Shown here: positions 58,256 to 64,000 of the stretch, piece after piece
Layout: each line of letters begins with the position of its first letter
How positions within the stretch are numbered: position 1 is the first letter of the stretch
DNA from: a virus
Lineage: Duplodnaviria; Caudoviricetes
Direction: 5' to 3' (one strand)
DNA length: 64,000 nt
Virus record (IMG/VR): IMGVR_UViG_3300027566_000003
The notes under the pieces: generated by a model
Told to the model about the DNA's origin: nothing
What the model saw: only the letters and a program-made list of their open reading frames with translations
Database searches by the model: none
Program-made: the position numbers and the translations under genes

Positions 58256-59147
58256 TTTATTTTCCTCCTTTTTAATAGACTCAAGCCGAAACATTAATTT
58301 TGTCATAGAGGATTTTTTAATGTTTCGGGCTTCAACCTATTATTAAGGATTAAGGTAAAATTTATTTGGGTTTGCTTATACCTTTTCAACTCTGTTAATT
58401 TTCATATCAAAATCAATTTGTACATTGTCCAAATAACATGCGCATGGATTGTTTTTATCAAGAAGAATTTCATCACATTTTACAGTAATACCATAAAGTT
58501 GAATACCATTGTCAGCCAGTAAATAGATTTTAAATGTTTTCATTATTAAAACCTCCTTCATTTTAAAGAACTTCATGTCCTTTCTAGATTATATCATATT
58601 GTGTTATGATATAATCTAGAAAGGACATGATATTTTGCAATAAAATGTCTTTTTGATAGTATCTCTTTTTAGGATATGCTTTTGTTAATACCTGCTTATT
58701 ATTTTTAGTAAGGGCTAACATGGAAATGATTTTTAAAGAATGGATCTTTTGCTTTTGGAAAATCAACTATAAAATCATTGACAAATTCGAGCAATTCTTT
58801 TTCCAATTTTTTTGTTTCTTTTGTTAAGTAACAAAAATAAAAATCTTCTAAATCAATAGCTTTCTCAAAAACAGATTGAGTAAAACATCCAGAAAGATTA
58901 TAGTTAGAAAATATTTTGTTTAATACTTGCTTATACCATTGTTTAAGTTCCATTTTGTTCAATCTCCTTTTAGCAGGTACTAACAAAGACATATCCTTTG
59001 AAAGAGAGTATTTAATCCTTTCCTTATTACTTCCTTGGCTACCTTAGAGCCAGTATTTCCATATTGTTTAATTGCCATCAGACGCAAGCGAACTTATAGA
59101 CATATAAACAACTTTTGTATAACTTCAGGAAAGGTTTATGTAATTTT

Positions 59148-59395
59148 CAAAGAGCGAACCTTTTTAAGCATTCCCTGACTAGAGGTGCTTTCCTTCTGGT
59201 AGCCTTGGGCTTCGAAGGACTTATTCTTTGCTAAGAGTCTGATTACCTCCTAATAACTTACTGCTCAGTTTGTGCTTCTTGATACCATTTTAAACTATTT
59301 CTGACTAAATTACTAGTACCTTGGAAAAATTATTTTCCTCTTTATTGTCTTAACCTGCTAACTACTTCCTAACAGGTTTTCGTGTGCGCTCTTTG
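59148..59395 (-). ncRNA. Candidate ~250-nt structured RNA in the long leader of the leftward region
   Basis: Closed by a perfect 9-bp stem CAAAGAGCG/CGCTCTTTG; internal stems AACCTGTTA/TAGCAGGTT, GAGGT/ACCTC, CCTTC/GAAGG and AGCC/GGCT; no ORF. Confidence 0.4.
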
Positions 59396-60099
59396 CTATG
59401 TACCCATTTTAAATCTTTTGCAACAATAAGTCATTTCTCAAATACAATTATTTTAAGCCTTATTAACTCGTTTTAGTGTGTTAGGTACTCTATTATCTAG
59501 GTATTGCTTATTGTAGTTAATTATTTTTAATTTTACTGATTTTATATTTTCTTTTATATATGATCTAATGGATTGATAATAGCACAAAATAGGTCGGAAT
59601 TGATTTAGAGCGACAGAAAGATGGTTTTAAGCTGTTTTATGATTTGTAGAGTGTAATTATGCTAGGTAATGTAATCTAAAGGCAAGAATGGACGTTTTTG
59701 TGGCAGGGAAATTGTTTTGGATTGTTTTGTTTGCGCTGCCTGAGTGCAGAGTATTTTATTTTTTATTTTAAGACAAAGAAAAAAGAACCCTTTCGGATTC
59801 TAGTTTAAATATACAAATGTGCTTTTATCCCAGTAAATTTGTTCTCTTACAATATTTATGCATAAATCCCAATTCATACATGGTTTTCTTTTTCTAGGCT
59901 CATAAACTTCAACTAACACTTTTGCAAAATCACTTTTGCCGATAATCTCTTTACTTATTATTTTTATTCTCCAGTCGAGTCCTGCAATTCCTTTTTCTGC
60001 TAAAACATTATGTATATTAGATTCAAATTTGTTAGTCATTGTTAACCAACTCCATTCAGTTTTTACTTATAAGTATTATATTCGCCATTGGGCATTCAT

Positions 60100-61650
60100 A
60101 TTCCTTTATTTTATTTTCTATTTTATTAATAATATTTTATGGATTTTATTATTAGAGTTTTTAATGTAGTGGTAGTGTTTTGATTATAATTGATAATAAT
60201 TTGTGGATGGTTTGTATTTATATAGTAGACATTATAGGTATTATGTGTTTGTGAGGTGAACATTGTGGATAAGTATGTGGATAACTTATAGTATACTGTG
60301 GGTTAGTCGTAATTGGTTGTTGATAAGTATAGGTTGATTGTGGATAACTTTTATATTATTATCGAATAATGATAATTATTTATCGATAAACGATAATAAT
60401 ATGCTTATAGTGTAAACACAAATACTGCTGGATACTTTAGATAGATTATGGTTATTATGGTTATGTAGTATTTAATACTATATGACATGGTTATCTTTAT
60501 TATGTATTACAGTTATTGATAATATGTAAGTGTTCACTGATTCGCGCCATGTTATAACCTCCGATTTGCACAACGAGTAAAGTTACACATTGTGTAATTA
60601 TAATCATGACCAACCAGGATAACGAGTGCGGCATTCCTGATTCCGGCTCAACTCCCATCAGATATCTCACCGATCTGATATATCCAATTCTCTACCCCAA
60701 ATCAATTCTGCAAGCTCACACGACATATCTATATTAAATTAATCTAATATTATAATAAAGTGTATATTACTCAATCCCATTTTGTAACATTCAGTATAAT
60801 TGCTGTATCCCTTGCAGGAGTAAGGGTTGAGGTTTTCAGTATAATACAATTAGCTGTATTTTGTTGTCGTGTCCGTCAGTCGTGGACAGTTACTATTTAT
60901 ATTCGTTCTTTGTAGTAGTCTGATGCATTACCCGGCACTCTGTATATCGCTTGCAAAAGGTATTACCGGGCGTGGATTACAAATACCAGTAATTTCCATT
61001 CGACAGTATTCGACACAGTACATCTATCCACAGGAAAAATCCAAAAATCGAAACCATATACATTTTAAAATGTCAAGCAAATAATAGAAATATTTTCAAT
61101 CATACTTAAATAAAATTGTCAATACTAAATCAACAACAATTTCAAAAATTATCATCTAATTATCTCTAATTTTTATCGTCTCATCATCGCAAAAATCCTT
61201 ATCTTATCCCACTTTCACACAATATAAATCACTCTAAAATAATCAATAAATCTTAAATAATTTCTAAAAATCCATAAAAACAAATCAAAAATATCTCAAA
61301 ATCACTAATAATATCAAATAAACCAAACATTCCAACAACCTTAAATCCTATACCACAACACTTTTTGATATTAATCAAATATAAATAACCACCTAACACT
61401 CACAATAAATTAATCTCAAAACAACAAATCAAATCTAATTTCACCGATTAAAATATTAGCATTAAATCTAAAATCAATCTCGTCCAAAAGATCATAAATT
61501 ACCAATATCAAATAACCTTTAAACTATTGATATATCAATCATTTCACAATATTTTTTTACCTACTGCCTAGTGATTACAACTCCATTACGAATAATTTTA
61601 TACACATACCCGATATTCAAAAATCCAAATCAAATTTATTTACATAAAAC
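60100..61650. other. Non-coding strand-switch block with mirrored compositional skew (origin or packaging/terminus region)
   Basis: One C in 60121-60240 versus one G in 61261-61440; many AAATC repeats in 61040-61640. Confidence 0.6.
60264..60347 (-). promoter_or_regulatory. DnaA-box cluster
   Basis: Three perfect TGTGGATAA (= TTATCCACA) at 60264, 60276 and 60339, plus a 1-mismatch box at 60318. Confidence 0.75.
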
Positions 61651-61665
61651 ATTATATAAAATATG

Positions 61666-61694
61666 TTGACACACTTCTTGCAATTTGATATACT
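61666..61694 (+). promoter_or_regulatory. sigmaA promoter opening the plus-strand region
   Basis: TTGACA-17 bp-TATACT. Confidence 0.8.
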
Positions 61695-61862
61695 ATAGTC
61701 AGGGTTAAATATCCATAAAACTAAATAAAAGGAGTGTTTACTTTTATGCTAATAAATATTATAGGTTTTACATAAGTAATATATAATTAATAAAGAATGA
61801 TATTCTTTTTAATTTTTCTTTTCTCATAAAAACTAATTAAAAATAGAAAGGATCTGTAAAAA

Positions 61863-62639
61863 TTGGCACATATAAAAATTAATGAATCTGTAAAAATTTC
61901 AGATAGGATCGGACAAATTGGGAAAAATAATTTTGGTAGTAAAATGATTATAACTAAATATAATAATACTGATGATATAAATGTATATTTCCCTAATAGT
62001 AATTATACTGCACATAATAGAGCATATAAAGATTTCTTAGAAGGAAAAATAAAATCATGGTATGATAAAGTAATCTTGGGGGTTGGTTATTTTGGAATAG
62101 GAAAATATAAAAGTTCTATAAATTATAAAGTAACTAATCAATATCGCTGTTGGTACAACATGCTACAAAGATGTTATGATAATAAATTACATAAAACGCA
62201 TCCCACATACATAGGATGTACCGTATGTGATGAATGGCATAACTTTCAGAACTTTGCTCAATGGTATGATCTAAACTTTTATCAAATAATAAATGAAGAA
62301 ATGCATTTAGACAAAGATATTCTAATAAAAGGTAATAAAGTTTATTCTCCTGAAACTTGTGTGTTTGTACCAGTTAGAATTAACGGATTATTTAAAACAA
62401 ATAATGTTAGTAATTTACCATTAGGAATATCTACATATTACAATAAATATCAAGCGTCTTGCTATAATGGTAATTCAACTACAAGATTAGGAATATTTGA
62501 AACTGTAGAAGAAGCGTTTATGGTTTACAAAGATTTTAAAGAAAATCTTATAAAACAAGTCGCCAATAAATACCAAAATAATATTCCTATAAATCTTTAT
62601 GAAGCAATGTATAGATATGAGGTAGAAATTAATGATTAA
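61863..62639 (+). CDS. HNH-like homing endonuclease with AP2-like C-terminus
   Basis: YRCWYNMLQRCY...YIGCTVCDEWHNFQNFAQWY...LDKDILIKGNKVYSPETCVFVP..IN...LGIFETVEEAF. Confidence 0.75.
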   Translation: MAHIKINESVKISDRIGQIGKNNFGSKMIITKYNNTDDINVYFPNSNYTAHNRAYKDFLEGKIKSWYDKVILGVGYFGIGKYKSSINYKVTNQYRCWYNMLQRCYDNKLHKTHPTYIGCTVCDEWHNFQNFAQWYDLNFYQIINEEMHLDKDILIKGNKVYSPETCVFVPVRINGLFKTNNVSNLPLGISTYYNKYQASCYNGNSTTRLGIFETVEEAFMVYKDFKENLIKQVANKYQNNIPINLYEAMYRYEVEIND

Positions 62640-62883
62640 CCCAATAAATATAAATAAATATAAAATATTTGACATTAAGTACACAATATTATAAAGTCAG
62701 GGATACAGGGATAATTCTCTGGGAATACATTTGAAAGGAGGTGAGATAAATAATAAAAATAATACAAGCACAACTAAATATTATTGGGTTTATTTACATA
62801 GCTTATATAAGAATGAAAATAAAATTATTTAAAACAATCAATATCATGACAAATTAAATTCTAATCAAAGGTGGTAAAAACCA

Positions 62884-63087
62884 ATGCAAACAATAAACAC
62901 TAATCCATCTATAGATATTAAATCTCAAAAATTAGCAGGTTATCTTATGATGAGAGGATTTGTACTTAAAGGAATAAAACCAGATACCACCCAGAATACA
63001 AAAAGAAATATATTTCTATTTAACAATACATATGAATTAATTAACGCAATAAATGATTATAAATTAATTAAAAATATTAATAAATAA
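62884..63087 (+). CDS. DUF5659-like small DNA-binding protein
   Basis: SQKLAGYLMMRGF.L...KRNIFLFNNT..LINAINDY. Confidence 0.65.
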   Translation: MQTINTNPSIDIKSQKLAGYLMMRGFVLKGIKPDTTQNTKRNIFLFNNTYELINAINDYKLIKNINK

Positions 63088-63159
63088 TATAATAGAAATA
63101 AAATAGGAGTAAAATAATTATAATAAAATTAAATCATCCGATTTATCGGTGATTTACAA

Positions 63160-63415
63160 TACTTAGTGTACTCTTATTATATTATTATTCTTTTCTTATT
63201 ATTATATTAGTATACTCTTATTACACTTATATGGAGTACCAAAATTGGTACTGTAATTCCAAACACACTTGTACTTACTGTACCCAACAGGTACACTAAG
63301 TCACTTTTACACTTCAAGTTACTGTACCTAACGGGAACAGTTGCTAATACACTCCTATCTAATGCGTGTTTCAGGGTTTACCCTTAACAAATGAAAGAGG
63401 TTATTAACAAATGAA
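63160..63415 (+). repeat. Iteron-like direct repeats upstream of a replication-type gene
   Basis: TTACTGTACC(C/T)AAC(A/G)GG twice, TACTCTTATTA twice, TTAACAAATGAA twice. Confidence 0.45.
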
Positions 63416-64000
63416 TGATAATAATTCCAATGATAATTGGATAATGATGCCTAATAACGTAGTTCAAAATATTACAGTTGATAAAATAAATAAAGATAGT
63501 TACATACAATTATTTGGTAAAAGATCAGTAGCATACCTTAAACAGCTATTAGAACTACAAAATCTCAGAGAAGATATTCATTTATCTATAGATATGATTA
63601 TGTGGTTATTAAATGTAGAAAATAATATCAAACGTGAAAGAATATATTTTAAAGATTTTTTATCTGAATTGAGTAAAAATTCATTAATTAGTTTGTATAA
63701 TGAAATTAATATCTTATCCTTAAATTCTAGTGATTTTATCATTATAAAACTAAACATATATGATTATAAAGAAGATAAAGATGGTAACAAATATAAAACA
63801 AATTTCTTTATACTTAAAGATTCTGAATACAATTCAATCATGTCTTATTCAGGAAATTTAGATAAATACAACTTACTTAATCTATTTTGTAATCTTAAAA
63901 GTAGAATGTGGAGAAATGATAATGATGTTTCTCCTGCTGAAAGAGTACCAGAAGTGGCATATCCTTCTTATGATACAATAATGAAAGATATATTTATAGA
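63411..64000 (+). CDS. Putative replication-initiator/HTH protein (runs off the window)
   Basis: Frame open from ATG 63411 (SD GAGG) to the window end: MNDNNSNDNWIMMPNN...LFCNLKSRM...EVAYPSYDTIMKD. Confidence 0.55.
   Translation, partial: MNDNNSNDNWIMMPNNVVQNITVDKINKDSYIQLFGKRSVAYLKQLLELQNLREDIHLSIDMIMWLLNVENNIKRERIYFKDFLSELSKNSLISLYNEINILSLNSSDFIIIKLNIYDYKEDKDGNKYKTNFFILKDSEYNSIMSYSGNLDKYNLLNLFCNLKSRMWRNDNDVSPAERVPEVAYPSYDTIMKDIFI

Larger units (their letters stand above)
50190..58332 (-). repeat. Series of intergenic stem-loops carrying ATAACA (mRNA sense), mostly in their loops
   Basis: Hairpins at 50190-50239, 50530-50573, 51701-51726, 52662-52680, 53548-53594, 53984-54065, 54779-54813, 56548-56593, 58283-58332. 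Confidence 0.6.

Noticed and set aside
60583-60597. Protelomerase (telRL) target palindrome TTACACA-T-TGTGTAA at the skew switch
   Set aside because: Only 7-bp arms, far shorter than known telomere-resolution sites, and no protelomerase in the window
60869-61084. 71-aa plus-strand ORF in the non-coding block
   Set aside because: GTG start without an SD, atypical composition, no motifs

Overview
An AT-rich segment of a large Firmicutes (Clostridia/Bacilli-type) phage or prophage. It looks like the early, accessory and replication arm; no virion genes are present. From 1 to ~60 kb, well over 100 mostly short ORFs run on the minus strand. A ~2.9 kb nearly gene-free block (59.0-61.8 kb) follows, with mirrored G/T- and C/A-rich halves and three perfect DnaA boxes. 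Transcription then switches to the plus strand. Recognisable genes: a kinase-phosphatase-Rnl1 RNA-repair fusion with two inteins, a Thg1-like enzyme, a RelA/SpoT-type HD hydrolase, a DenV-like glycosylase, a Lar-family protein, a C5 cytosine methyltransferase (MTase), a Dam-family adenine MTase split by a (CA)35 microsatellite, an MBL hydrolase, an AEP primase-like protein, a SprT protease, a tyrosine recombinase, XRE and BRO regulators, an ArdC-like protein, DnaN, a DUF262 protein, three HNH-type endonucleases and two IS200/IS605 (TnpA/TnpB) elements. Most interesting unexplained structure: (i) the probable phase-variable Dam; (ii) a 16-bp 5-6-5 palindrome at roughly 30 gene junctions, often using the upstream stop codon as one arm, which suggests a gene-cassette system; (iii) intergenic hairpins displaying AUAACA in the 50-58 kb region; (iv) orphan secreted-peptide ORFs upstream of the recombinase; (v) two candidate structured RNAs. 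All family calls come from motif recognition by eye, not database searches.
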